From the NCBI GenBank assembly GCA_003427395.1, contig BFEA01000020.1:2903613-2967612 (forward strand): a stretch of DNA of 64,000 nucleotides. Direction: 5' to 3'. Position numbers and translations under genes: made by a program. This stretch comes from Chara braunii (lineage: Eukaryota; Plantae; Charophyceae). Below are positions 1 to 13,000 of this stretch, piece after piece (within the stretch, counting starts at the first letter, position 1; every line of letters begins with the position of its first letter). The notes under the pieces are model-generated. The model was not told the origin of the DNA. It ran no database searches and saw only the letters and a list, made by a program, of their open reading frames with translations.

Positions 1-547
1 CATGCAGCAACAAGCTAACCGACGTCGACTTCCATGTCCTTTCCGCGAGGGAGACCTTGTTTGGGTCCTCTCCGAGGACTTTGCGCTCGAGCAGGACGTT
101 TCTTGCAAACTCCTTCCGAAATGGTTCGGACCATGGGAAGTCACTTCTGNCGTTGGAGACGACCCCGCAGCTCCTTCCTTTGTGGTCAACATTCCCCCGC
201 ACCTTCCAGTGCACCGTGTCTTCCACGCGTCGAAGTTGGCCATCTTCACACCACCTTCCGCCGACGAGTTTCCCGGCCGTCGATCACAGGATCTGCCTTC
301 TATGGACGGACATCAGGAAGTCGACTGAGTCATCACGCACCGCAAGTATGGCAACAAGCCAATGCAGTTCAAAGTCACATTCAAGCAATGTGCGCCTGAC
401 GACACTCGATGGATCTCTAGTGCAAACTTGCAGACTTCTGCACCCCTCATCTTCTCCGACTATGAGAAGCGACGCCTTGCCAAGGAAGCAGCTCGTCCCA
501 CCCGACCGATCCCGGTATCGGGCAGACAACTCCGCCCTCGCAGGTAG
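1..547 (+). pseudogene. Ty3/Gypsy pol 3' end: integrase C-terminal region plus chromodomain, with internal stop
   Basis: GDLVWV...KLLPKWFGPWEV...VHRVFHASKL, then a chromodomain-like segment (HRKYGNKPMQFKVTF...DTRWIS) after a TGA at 326-328. Closely similar to 33799-34330. Confidence 0.9.
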
Positions 548-570
548 CTCGGTCTTTTAAGAGGGGAGTG

Positions 571-1716
571 TGTTACATCTTCGATGCCACACGGGTCCTA
601 CCGGACCCGACATAGGGCTAGAGGGACACATTAGGGCCTAAAGGCCTGACCTTGGGGGATTATCAAGCCGAAAGGCCACGACTTGGACCAGACCCGACGG
701 GCAGGCCCAAACGACATTACCGTTTGGGCCTGGCGGCGCTCTTGAGGCTGTCGCCCGCCGGTTGGGGCTGAACCGTCGATCTCGACGGTTCAGGGCACGG
801 CCAGGCCTCGCAGCATTGAGGCCGGCCTCTGCCCCACCGGTACAAAAAACCNNNNNNNNNNNNNNNNNNNNNNNNNNNNNNNNNNNNNNNNNNNNNNNNN
901 NNNNNNNNNNNNNNNNNNNNNNNNNNNNNNNNNNNNNNNNNNNNNNNNNNNNNNNNNNNNNNNNNNNNNNNNNNNNNNNNNNNNNNNNNNNNNNNNNNNN
1001 NNNNNNNNNNNNNNNNNNNNNNNNNNNNNNNNNNNNNNNNNNNNNNNNNNNNNNNNNNNNNNNNNNNNNNNNNNNNNNNNNNNNNNNNNNNNNNNNNNNN
1101 NNNNNNNNNNNNNNNNNNNNNNNNNNNNNNNNNNNNNNNNNNNNNNNNNNNNNNNNNNNNNNNNNNNNNNNNNNNNNNNNNNNNNNNNNNNNNNNNNNNN
1201 NNNNNNNNNNNNNNNNNNNNNNNNNNNNNNNNNNNNNNNNNNNNNNNNNNNNNNNNNNNNNNNNNNNNNNNNNNNNNNNNNNNNNNNNNNNNNNNNNNNN
1301 NNNNNNNNNNNNNNNNNNNNNNNNNNNNNNNNNNNNNNNNNNNNNNNNNNNNNNNNNNNNNNNNNNNNNNNNNNNNNNNNNNNNNNNNNNNNNNNNNNNN
1401 NNNNNNNNNNNNNNNNNNNNNNNNNNNNNNNNNNNNNNNNNNNNNNNNNNNNNNNNNNNNNNNNNNNNNNNNNNNNNNNNNNNNNNNNNNNNNNNNNNNN
1501 NNNNNNNNNNNNNNNNNNNNNNNNNNNNNNNNNNNNNNNNNNNNNNNNNNNNNNNNNNNNNNNNNNNNNNNNNNNNNNNNNNNNNNNNNNNNNNNNNNNN
1601 NNNNNNNNNNNNNATGGCTCAGACCCCACCATCTCACGATTGTATGTGTGTGGAGTGATATCTATGTGAGTCTGTCTATGTGAGTCAGTCCGTTTATCAG
1701 ACTTCCGTTGCATACA
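571..1716 (+). mobile_element. 3' LTR of that Gypsy element (spans an N gap)
   Basis: Polypurine tract AAGAGGGGAG at 559-568, then TGTTACA. Candidate end ...CTTCCGTTGCATACA at 1716. Confidence 0.6.
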
Positions 1717-4149
1717 TACTCATCCTATATTGGTTGATCTTTGGTTCTGCCCCATAGTATGTAACATGTCTCTCAATGTTAACCCCATCCAACCCCTTTT
1801 GCTTGGCCCTATTAGGACTTTTATTTTTGTGTGTGCACGGACCTCGATTTCACCTGCTTCGCTACCCCCATTAAGACTAGTCCATTCTTGTGCTGTTCGT
1901 AATTTCATATAGGGCATTATCGGTTGCTGGTCGAGGCTGGCTGATTCACGGGGTTCTTCTTGTTGTTGCGTACGGCTAGGGACTTCAGTTGCTCGAGGTT
2001 GTCCGGAGTGTCGAAGCTGAACCCTCTGACAGGGCTGGAAAGATTTCTGCGTGGGTATTCAAGACAATCACTGATCAAAGGCTATATCTTTAAGTCGAAA
2101 CACGGAATAGACGATGGGACACAGCGGGGCTAAGGGTGACATCAGCCCAGGTAACTCGACCGCTTCGTTTTCCAAATTATCAAAATTTGGAAATAATTGC
2201 AATCAGACTCGCTTTCTTCCACACTTCACATACATGTAAACAGGAAGCACAGCAAACTGGCGACAAGCGCCCACTCAAAGTTCAAAGATATGGCAACCAA
2301 GAATCCAGTTCAGGTACAAGCTCCCTTCAGATGCCTGTATGGCGCATCAGCGCCCAACAACTCTCTGTTCACTACCGTGTCCCAACTGCATTGTTCACAC
2401 ACAGGATCACCCTGGATATCCCACACGCTACTCACTGTACACACACGCACACACATGCTGCACTCTTCTCCCAACTATGGCGGCTATGGCCGCTACTACC
2501 TCTACCGCTATGGCTAAGCTCTCCTTCGGCCCACTTCGTCTTCGGGCATACAGCAGACCACCTCGCACAAGTCGCTGTGGCAGTGCTCCCGCATGGCTTA
2601 CGCAGGAATGAATGAATGGTTGGGCGCTGCCTCTTGATTTGTACTTTTGTAACTCGTTGGTCTGCCCCTTCCCCATGCCCGTGGAGCACACAGTCCCATA
2701 CGGCACTTGCTCGACTGGACTAGGACTGACTGGGACTGGTACCGCTGACTCAACACATGTGGACTCCACCACTTGCCCACTTGCCTCTGGACTACTGTCA
2801 GCAACGTGTGAAGGGCCACTTCCGAAGCTTCCGAAAGTCTATACTCTTGGCCCTTCGTCACTGTAGCAGCTACGACCTTGACCCTTCGGGGCTGTAGCAA
2901 CTACGACCTTGACCTTTCAGGAATCCTACAGGTGCGACTTCTAGAACTCACTAAGACCTCTATTCGACAGGTCTACAGATCGAACCCCTACAACCTACGG
3001 ACCCTACTACAGTCTACCAACTGTTACAAATACACAAGTGCAATGACTTGTTGATTTTGACTGCCGAGACTGATTGCGAGGCTGTACAGTACCAGCGGTA
3101 GGGTAGATTCGTTATTTTGTTTGGCTGAGGGCTAACCGAGAGACCTACCTGTACGGAAAATTCGTGAGGGACATATCTGCGAATATGGGAAATATAGGCC
3201 CAACACTAACCCGTATTTCCTACAGCTACCCCTACTGCATATAGAAGACCCGAGCTACCCCTAGTACGGACAGGCCCGAAGGGCCTATACCGATAGACGG
3301 TCCTATAACCTATAGCCGGGTAGGGAGAGGCCGAGAGGCCGAAACTGGAATAGTACCGATCGGTCCAGTCAGTCTGGTCTAGGTCTAGGCTAGGGTAGTA
3401 GAGGTCTATTAATAGTTTAGGAAAATCGATTCATGACTTTTGGCTGTTCATTTTCGCCAAGCAGCGTTTGGAGAAGCCAAGCAAGTTGGCGGTGGTAATT
3501 GTCTACAAGCGGCATCCTGAGACCCTTGCCGCGGACAGCAGCCATAGCCAGCCCTCCTGAAGGTTGTCAGCGCTGGGACATCCTCAGCGCATCTACCCCT
3601 GAGGGTATCTGCATATGGCCAGGCTACTTCGAGGCTCTTCACTAAGTGTTTGTGGGTGGCGGCAGCCATAGCTGCCTGTTCCTTCGTCAGAGTTTTTCAG
3701 CGGCACTGAAGACTTCATCGCAGGATCTGTTCTTCATCTAGGCGGTTGGCGCTGGCCTCTGGGAGGCTGTTTCGGTTGTGCGCTACTAACTGGGTGTAGG
3801 GTAGAGAGTGAAGTATGGGGTTCTGAAAGTGGCGAGATACTGGAACAAACTCGGTAACGATATCTGGTCTTAATTGGCTCATCATCAGTGTGAATTCCAA
3901 TTGTTATCCTCACAGGTTTCTTCTTGTGATTGGTTGTTGGGAGTTTGTCAGAGAGTGATATTCACGCAGTGTCTTCTCCCCATCTGTGCATGGCTGAACT
4001 TCCGCTACATACTTTGATATGTGCACAGTTTGGACTTTGTCTCCTCTCCCCCTTCTCTTATGCATGTATGGGCGTGTATGAGACTGTTTGTGTGTGAGTG
4101 GCGGTAAAAATTGTCAGACAACCAAGTTCATAACAGTTGGTATCAGAGC
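1717..4149 (+). mobile_element. 3' part of a second LTR plus its primer-binding site
   Basis: Ends ...AGTTCATAACA (4135), followed by TGGTATCAGAGC (4138-4149), the tRNA-iMet PBS. Its last ~190 bp recur at 5714-5822 plus 13860-14031. Confidence 0.75.
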
Positions 4150-6442
4150 AGGATTGGAATTGGAGCACTGAGGGTTGAGTGCGAAGGGGCATTTTCTTCA
4201 TCTTGCGATAGACTGGCAAGAGGTTCATGGCAATTCATCTTCCCCAATACTGAGTCAACAGGGAAGAAGATCTAAAGCGGTGAAATCAGGAGTTCAGTGA
4301 TTGCACTGAGCAGACACTGAGCCTGTCAGGGCGCTTGTTAAGAAGTGGCGAGCACAAGGCTAATTCGCCATAGCCAACCCTGAGGACAGCATAGCGAATT
4401 ACCTCAGAGTGGCGAATTACCCCTGGGGACTTCAGGGATCTCTAAGCGGCTTCATCCCTGGGCAGCGCTGAGGGAGATTGACAGTCTGTGTCAATCTCTG
4501 GTGAAGATAACACCATCTGGGGCTATTTATAGCATCAGCGGCTGTCAAGCACTGTGGCGAGATAATTTCCTATTGCCTTTTTGAGCGCCACAGGGTCAGA
4601 TTCAGGGAATCTTACTAAACGGCTTGCAACGCTTCAGGATCCTGAAGAGGATCAACAAGTTTGAAGAAGTTTTGTGCGTGGAACAAAGAGGAGGAAGCTC
4701 TGGAAGAAACTCGCGAAATGAGGGTTTCGGTCTACCATAGCCAGATCTTCACCCAGATCCGCAAGAAACTTTGAAAGTGAGTCCGTTCCATGCACACCCC
4801 TGTATAGCGATTCAGATAGGGTTGGATTAATTAGTATTCATGGTCTATCTGTTTGTCAGTGACAGGATTTGAAAATCGCAAACTGCATGACAGCCATAGC
4901 CATCACTCTCCTACCTTCCTCTGCTAATTTCTTACCCTCTGCTGACTCGTTTTCATCCAAAATTGTTATGTGACTGCCTGACTGTATTGCGGTTCATCTG
5001 GGATGCCCAGATTGTAAATTTTATACTGGAAAAGTAGAGATACTGTGAAATGTAGTTTTGCGCGGAGTCTAATTATAACCTGTGCGAGCTACGGTCAGTC
5101 ATAACTCCAATTCAATTAGTTGTCAGTGAATCGCAATTAAAAAATAGTCAGAATTGCAGGAGGCCTTGATTGGATTTGCAGTATTTCACTGGAAACAGTG
5201 AATACTGTATCTCGCCATACCCCAGAGTATGGCCGCCAGAGTCATCAAAGTCGAAATTGGAGTCTGGGATAAGATTCAGGGTCTCTGACTGGATCGCTCT
5301 GTTTGTTTGATCATTCTCTCTGTACTTGCAATGTTCTATCACTCTCACTAACCACTCTTGCTTTCTAGTGGGCTCTGGAAATCTAGTGTTTCTCTGGAAG
5401 AGTAGTGGATTGTGTCTACCAACTCCAATGTGGTGCATGGTCAGTAAAAGGAAATCGTGTGAATGATTCTACTGGACTATCTGTCTGTCTGACACCTGAC
5501 CCCAAAGAACCGTTCCAACCCAAACCGCTTGTTGCCCACACGCCCACCTACCTACTGTGTCTGAGATAGCAGCGATTTCAGAGTGTCTGAAGTAAGTTGT
5601 ACATCGCTGCAAAGTGGAAAATGGCAGACCAAGGTGCTTAGCAACAGCCACAGGTGGAAGTGGTAATGAAGGTAGAAGGGCAGGAACCATCTACCTCCAC
5701 CCCTGGAGTTGCAAAGAGTGAGAATCACGCAGTGTCTTCTCCCCATTTGTGCATGGCTGAACTTCCGCTACGTACTCTGATATGTGTAAAGTTGTGAGTT
5801 TGTCAGAGAGTGAGAATCACGTTGTCGAGCGCATCGGTCCGGCACCGCACAAGGCAGCGCGGGACCCTCCCGGCCGCGTCACACAGGAGTTGGTTTTAGC
5901 CCTTCGTCGCGAATACACATGGAGCTTCCGCAAGCCGCTCCGGCCGAGTGCGCCAGCCATACCTCTCGCGAGCCCCTACGACAGGATATGGCCTACGCGA
6001 GGCACAACTTACCTCCACCTTACGGGAGTTGTCACCTCCCTTCGGTGGGCGTATCCCCGTCGAGCTACCAGTCCACAGTACGAAAGTTGATCAGCTGCAA
6101 TCGCAGAGGTGGACCAGCCGAGGGCGTTTCTCGTTCGATGTAGCATAGGGGGTACGCGCGGTATTACGCCTCTATCGAACCCGCGCGCGAACCGGCATCT
6201 TGGGGGGCTGAGGTCCCAAGCGCGATTCGTAACGGTCGACTAGGACGCATCCCACACACCACGCGCAAACCACTATAAAGAGCATAAAAATAAAACACAC
6301 ACACACACACACACATACGAGTACTTATAGAGAACGACATTGAATAAACAACGCGACAACACTCCTAGTCCCTTAGTAGCCGTCCCATAACTTTCCAATG
6401 CGAAAATCGGATGGGCGTAGCACGAGAGACTTAGTATAAAAC

Positions 6443-6480
6443 CTGTCTCTTATACACATCTAGATGTGTATAAGAGACAG
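6443..6480. other. Nextera mate-pair junction adapter (artefact)
   Basis: Exact CTGTCTCTTATACACATCT-AGATGTGTATAAGAGACAG, with ~130 bp duplicated on either side. Confidence 0.98.
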
Positions 6481-6894
6481 CACACATACGAGTACTTATA
6501 GAGAACGACATTGAATAAACAACGCGACAACACTCCTAGTCCCTTAGTAGCCGTCCCATAACTTTCCAATGCGAAAATCGGATGGGCGTAGCACGAGAGA
6601 CTTAGTATAAAACCGCGCAGACAGGGCGAACTCGCAATGCAAGCGTACGCAAGCGGTCTCAATGATGGCGAACTATGTAGTACCCATACTCATGCGGCCC
6701 TCATTAATCTCAAGGGTCGCATTCGACACTTAAGTGTCGGCTGACACGCGCCTTGAGGGTTAATCTCTCGACGCTGGACAATCGTCAAGTGCGGTTGAAA
6801 GCCACACCTTCTTCTGCACCCTACGGAGAGTGGGTGGTACACAGGTTCATTCATGTGGTGGCAATCGTCCCTCATGGCCCTGGAGACCAGCTCC

Positions 6895-7215
6895 ATCATC
6901 TACGGCCTGGAAATAAGTCAAGGAGTTTGACTTTGACGGCTGCCACGGACTACAACGTCCAACCATAAAAAATCTAAAGAGCAAAGGCTAAAAGAGGATC
7001 CCCCTCTTCTCTCAAATGCACAATTTGTTTAACCCTTACGCACGGTCCCAGTAGGCCGCGCGAAAACACTCAAGCCATAATTTTGATCATGCATTTGAGA
7101 GAAGAGGGGGATCCTCTTTTAGCCTTTGCTCTTTAGCTTTTCTATGGTTGGACATTGTAGTCCGTGGCAGCTGTCAAAGTCAAACCCCTCGACTTATTTC
7201 CAGGCCCTAGATGAG
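6895..7215. repeat. Inverted repeat, arms ~125 bp, spacer ~70 bp
   Basis: 6895-7020 is the near-perfect reverse complement of 7090-7215. Confidence 0.9.
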
Positions 7216-7229
7216 GGACAACCACTTCT

Positions 7230-7940
7230 CACAATCACATCAAAGATTCAACCGAAAAGTGCATGCACTACACGAGGTCAACTTCAACCATTCTCGGTGC
7301 TCACACCCCTTGCTTTAGCCATACAAAGCTCAACCTTAGCGCACCCCTCCAGCAATAACATACTCAGTACCTTTGTTTTAATAAAGTCCGCGTAAAAACA
7401 CAATCAAACATCTCAAATCACAGGGCTGAAGCCTTTAGGCCGAGTGACAGAAGTGGATTGGAGTTGAATTGTAAACCGACGAATCGGTAACCGACCTATT
7501 ATCAATGATAACAGATATACATATGAAAAAGGGTTATTAGTATAGGACGATCACTTCTCACAGTCACAGTGGGGCTCCTCTCAGCCATGTATATATGTAT
7601 GTGAACGCAGGCAGTCAAATCCAAAGTCCGAATCACCAAACATACATGCAATCACATCAAAGATTCAACCAAAAAGTCCATGCACTACACGGAGTCAACT
7701 TCAACCATTCTCGACGCTCACACCCCTTGCTTTAGCCATACAAACCTCAACCTTAGCGCACCCCTCCATCAATAAAATACTCAGTACCTTTGTTAAATGC
7801 CCATTCAATAAAGTCCGTGTAAAAACACAATGAAACATCTCAAATCACAGGGCTGAAGCCTTTAGGTTGAGTGACAGGAGTGGATTGAAGTTAAATCGTA
7901 AACCGACGAATCGGCAACCGACCTGTTATCAATGATAACA
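7230..7940. repeat. Direct duplication of ~290 bp
   Basis: CAATCACATCAAAGATTCAACC...ATCAATGATAACAGA at ~7230-7515 and ~7648-7942. Confidence 0.9.
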
Positions 7941-8207
7941 GAAGATGATCCTCGTAGGATCAAGCTGTATCTAGCCCAAATCCTGAATCCATCGATCAAG
8001 AAGATCTGTAAGACAAGACAGGTCAATCCCCAAGCTAAATCTATAAGTCCATGGAGAATAATCCCCATATCATGATCTCACTTAAATTATCCTAATTAAC
8101 TAAGCCTAAGTCTACCTCTAAGCAAGTATCAAAAGAAAGGTAGACCTTGGCAAGATCTCCTCTCTAAAGAGTGGATTCTCTAGGATTGCCACCTGTCAAA
8201 ATATAAT

Positions 8208-8850
8208 CCAACTCCTCTAAACTAAGAAAATTTCGACAACGCTTCCCGTAGGAGAAGTGCCCTTTCAGAATTTATATCAGCCTAAATATAAAAGCAAAAA
8301 TCATCTTCAACCTTCTTAAGTCAAATTTTGTCCAACTCCCTCAATTAGCAAAAATTTGGGCAACACTCCCTTTAGAAAGGGAGATTTTCCAAATCTTCCA
8401 AATCTATACTAAATCGGATATGAACTCGAAAAACAAGACCCGAGTTTAACTAGAACAAAATTTAACTAACTCCTTAGATTTGTAGAAATTTCGGCATCGC
8501 TTCCCGTAGAAAAAGTGCTATTCCAAAATTTATACAAAGCTAAGTTCAGAATCTAAAATGACTTTGACTTCTCAATGTCTAATAGAGAAAGTGCTATTCC
8601 AAAATTTATACAAAGCTAAGTTCAGAATCTAAAATGACTTTGACTTCTCAATGTCTAATTTTGTCCAACTCCCTGAATTAGTAAAAATTTTGGCAGCACT
8701 CCCTTTAGAAAAGAAGGCTTTTCAGATTTTTACTAAGCCAAAAAATCAAAAAAACTGGACCTTAAAGACAATCTGACTAACTCCTTGGTTTTGTAGAAAT
8801 TTTGGCAGCGCTTCCCGTAGAGAAAGTGCTTACCAAGATTATACAAGACC
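8208..8850. repeat. Degenerate tandem repeat, alternating A/B units of ~120-130 bp
   Basis: AACTCC...AAATTT..GGCA followed by GCTTCCCGTAG or CTCCCTTTAG at ~8210, 8335, 8468, 8667 and 8778. Confidence 0.85.
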
Positions 8851-9121
8851 AAGTATAATAAATGATCCCAGAAAATGCAGAAATTGACCTAAGTAAAAAA
8901 ACTTAGCTCAGCAGGAATTGAAACTAACTCCTATGGCTCTAGCACGTGGCGAGCAACTAAAGCAACTACCTATCAATTGAAACTCAAACTACGTAGTAGC
9001 TTCACTCAGTCACATGCAGGCCAAACCACAAAGGTAAGTACTCTCACCATCCCAAAGTCAACTTAACAAACAATAGTTCATAGTCTTTCAATGATTTGCC
9101 CCATTATACTCAGCTCACATA

Positions 9122-10020
9122 AGGCATAAGGTCAAGCCACCCAAACTTATGGGACATGCCTAACTTAGCCAAGATATACACAAAACAGGGGGCACAACTA
9201 CTCTCTTCTTTGGGCATATGACTAGGCCATTCTAGTCGCCCTGAACTGTTTAATAGCCAGGTTGTATATCTCTCTCTGAACTTAATCTTCAAAAGCGGGT
9301 GTAGGACTGAGCCATTCATCTTATAAACAATGCTCAGTCGGCCCAAGTTACCCTCAGTTATACTCTTAATTAATACTCTTCAATTTGTGATAAGCTATAG
9401 TCAGGTCACCCAAACTTATGGGACCCTACCTGACTAACCTGTTCATAGATAAAAATAGTAATAGAATATAGCCAAATTATAACCTTTGGGTTCCAGCATC
9501 TGCGAGGCTTTGAGTCAGACCACCTGAACTTGCAGATCAGTCTGACTCTCTGCATGATTCGTTCCTCTCTGATTCACCTTGTGCGAGGCATTAGGCTAGA
9601 CAACCTAAACATATAGAATGGTCTGCCCTCTGTCAAACTTACTCCCTCAAAATAAAAGCAGGAAGAGGTTGAGCCACCTAAACTTATAGAATGGCTCATA
9701 CCTCCTCGTTCAAAACCAAATAAATTGAGAAAGCCCAAGTAGACAAGGCAACCAAGCCACCTGAACTTACAGAATGCACTTGGCCCCTGAAAAAGTCAAG
9801 CACAATTAGCCCTCGCAAGTCAAAGCAACCAGACCACCTAAACTAATAGAATGGTCCGATTCTCAAAGCAATTCCATAGCACTGGGTCTCCCCAAACTTA
9901 TGGGAACTTCCCAGCCTCCAGAGCAATCAGACCACCCAAACTTATGGAATGGTCTAACGCTCCAAGCAATCCAAAATAAACATAGCACTGGGTCTCCCCA
10001 AACTTGTGGGGTTTTCCTAG
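9122..10020 (-). repeat. Array of 10 stem-loops with a conserved hexaloop (AACTTR on +, YAAGUU on -)
   Basis: Loops start at 9144, 9413, 9527, 9608, 9681, 9764, 9841, 9895, 9939 and 10001, closed by CCA/TGG, CTA/TAG or CTG/CAG. Strand is inferred from G-U pairing. Confidence 0.85.
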
Positions 10021-13000
10021 CCTTAACGACCCAGTCAAACTCTAAAGCAATACTGCCTTCCTCCCATCCTTCCCCCTGATGCAAACCCCTTTTTCACAAT
10101 CTGCTTTTAGTCAAACAATGAAACTGAAACTGACATTGCACATGCTTTCCTTTACTTAGTCTAGTTTGTGTCTTGAAAGTCAAGCTGAAAGTCAAAGTAG
10201 AGGGGCATGCAGTATACTCAGTCAAAGTAAGAAAAGGGGATATAGATAGGGGCTATAACTAGGTTTATAGAAGGAAAGCAACGGTTACCTTTCAATTCCC
10301 TGCCTCCAGAACTCCTTCCTGAGCTCCGGCAGAGCTCCCGCAATCGGTGGGTTGACTCCCCACAGAGTCTTGCTGCGGTCCTACGAGTTGTAATCCCGCC
10401 TGCAACCTTCCTCTCAGATCAGGACTAGACTTGAAGGGCAGAAGTAGAAAGGTCAAGTTTCTCAGATACAAGGAAGGTGCTCTCAGGCTCACGCGAGAGG
10501 GCCTTGTTGCCTTGGTGCGCCTGAGGGCCCCGAAATGGTGACCAAGGTACGCAGCAGCCTGCTCAACCCAAAGTCAAATTGCTCGTTGTTGACTCTCTCT
10601 GGCGAGGCTTGAAGTCGTAGCGGCAACCCCCCTTCACAAGCATCAGTGTGCCACTCGGTCCCTGTACCTCGATCTCAAAACAGCAGTGCCACCTCTCTCT
10701 TTCTTCAATAGAATGCCGGCGATGCGTAACGGCACACAACAAAACGCAGTTTAACCAGCCGACTGCAGTCAAACTACCACCCATTTGCTGCCCTCAACAA
10801 AGATCTCCCTTCTCCGAGCCCAATCCTGTCACAGGTAAGCTCACTAGCTTGCGGCTCTCCCTCGGCCACCCCGGTCGGCAGGACAATCAGTGCATTAGTC
10901 AACGTTTAAACCTATGTCTTTGCGGCTCGGCCTCTCAGCGTACGCCGACTGGTACGGTGAATGGTGCGGTGGCCATCAGACGAGTCTTCAAACTGCCACT
11001 TCCAGTCTACCCTGCGCCTGCAGTATGCTTCTAAAGCTCGATTCTCATCCAAGCGACATTGTTACCTCAATGGTAGTTCCTCTGTCTCTCTCTCTCTCTC
11101 TATCAGTTGTCTCATGCCCGATGCATCCGTCCGCTTCCTCCGTCAGGATAGGCCAGGCACCGGCCAACAGGTAAGTCTCCAGCTCACGCCCGTCCCTCTC
11201 ACCGTTCCATCCGGCAACTACCTTTCCGGTCCCGTAGCTCCGTGCCGCACCACTCTCAAAGTAGCGAATGAGCAGCACACCGGCTTACTACAGGGGTTGC
11301 CTCTCTATGATTATAGGGGGATGAAACTCCCCGCTAGAATATAGGAACATACACGGCCTTGTATCCTGCAGCTCCACTCACCCCCGACCACGTACGTAGC
11401 AAAACTCCTCAGTTTCCCGTTCTTCTGATTTCTCTGTCTCCTTCCCCACTAATCCTTCCGCCCGGTCACATACCTTCGAGATGAGTGACGAGCCATCAAT
11501 CCTGGGAACTTGCGAACTTCAGGTAAGCTCTTTCTTTCTTCGTTACTTTGTTCTTCCTCATTTCTACCCTCTCCTTGACTGGCCCAACACCGCATCCTTG
11601 GATAGTGTTGAGTAACTCTCGAATGAATCTCCCACTAGAATGTGGGCAGATACATTCATACCACAAAAAGTTTTCTCCCTCGCGCAGTCTTCGCATCTAA
11701 TATTACAAGGCCTACTACCCCGACTTCAAAACCGCCTTCACCGCCGTGGTCACCCTATCTAAAAACCTCCGAACAGTATCTTACCCCGCTCGAATCCATC
11801 GAGGATCGGGCGAGGTACGAGCGTTTTTCGTTCCCGTCATTTTCCCCCTCCGCCATAACTCCCCGCAATCATCCTTTCTTACTAACTCTATTTCTACTAA
11901 TCTCCCTCCCTAACTTACCACGGAATTGAAATCGGCCCCGGTCTAAAACCCCCGAGGCAGTTTCTCACTCGCTGAAATCCATCCTCAAACGAGTAAACAG
12001 AGCCTTCTTTTTCCTCGTCTTCTTCCTCGCTCCCGCCATCTACACGCACGTCTTTTTCTTCCTAGCTTCTAAAACACCAACTTCTAACTAAAACTAACCT
12101 CAGATTTGAATTCACCCATTCTAAGAACCCCTCACACGTGCGTTTCCCCGCCCGATTCCGCGGAGGATTGGGCAAACAACCCCACTCACAGCTGCGCTCA
12201 GCTGGTGTTCCCGCCATCTCAACTATGGTTGGCGCAGAGCCCCAGCCTCGTTCGTTCACCCCCCTTCCCGGCTTTCCCCTTCTGCCTGCCTCAACGCCCG
12301 TCCGACAGTCGCCCCGCAACAGTCTGTCCATCGGCCCCCTCTCTCTCCGCCTGCACCCGGCTCACTCGCTGCCATCTTCGCTCCCTCGCGCCTCATGCAC
12401 TTGCCGCAACATCTCGTCCAAGTTCACTCGCTTCTCGGTTTGCCTTGCCCTGCATCCTTCGCTTGCCAGTGTTGTGCTACCTGTCTCCCCCGCTCGCTTT
12501 GCCTCTGTTGCGTCGCTACTCCACGTCGACACCCGTCGCCCGCCGCTGCGCAGCGCTGCCCGGCCGAGTTGTGCCCCTTGCCAGCTACACTCGAGGTCGT
12601 CCAGCGCTGGGTGTTAGCGCCTCGACAGTTCCAGCTATCCTAAGGGAAACTCCCGAAGGTGCCGCCTCCTTAGACGGTTAGTCTTTCGTCCCTATGCCCG
12701 GGGATCGTCGGCCGACCTCTGCAATAAGAGTCGCGGCCTCCCTGGCACAGCGTCCCCGAGCGGTCCGCCCATCAGCCCTGAACTACCGACTGGCCCCTGG
12801 CCGGTACACCCTGCTTGCTGCAGCAGGTATTGTACTGCCGGTGGCTGTAACCCCCGCCTCGGCGCGCGGTTCCACAGTCGTACACCACACCACTGCGATT
12901 CTCAGCCATTGCGGAGTTTCTCCACCGCCTCGAGCCCCCAATGGGCATGCTCACGCTCAAACCTCTCTCAACAGTTTGCGGGTGGCGAACGGCGCGCCCT

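Noticed and set aside
717-1713. Long ORFs in the track here and at 15.1, 16.6, 18.6, 53 and 56 kb
   Set aside because: They consist of N gaps and microsatellite translations (X, ERER, SLSL, HTHT).
6310-6612. Tn5 mosaic ends with a ~130-bp duplication as a real transposon
   Set aside because: Head-to-head 19-bp ends are the Nextera mate-pair junction adapter.
9122-10020. CRISPR interpretation of the spaced hairpin repeats
   Set aside because: Repeats are not identical, spacing is irregular, there are no cas genes, and the context is a eukaryotic transposon.
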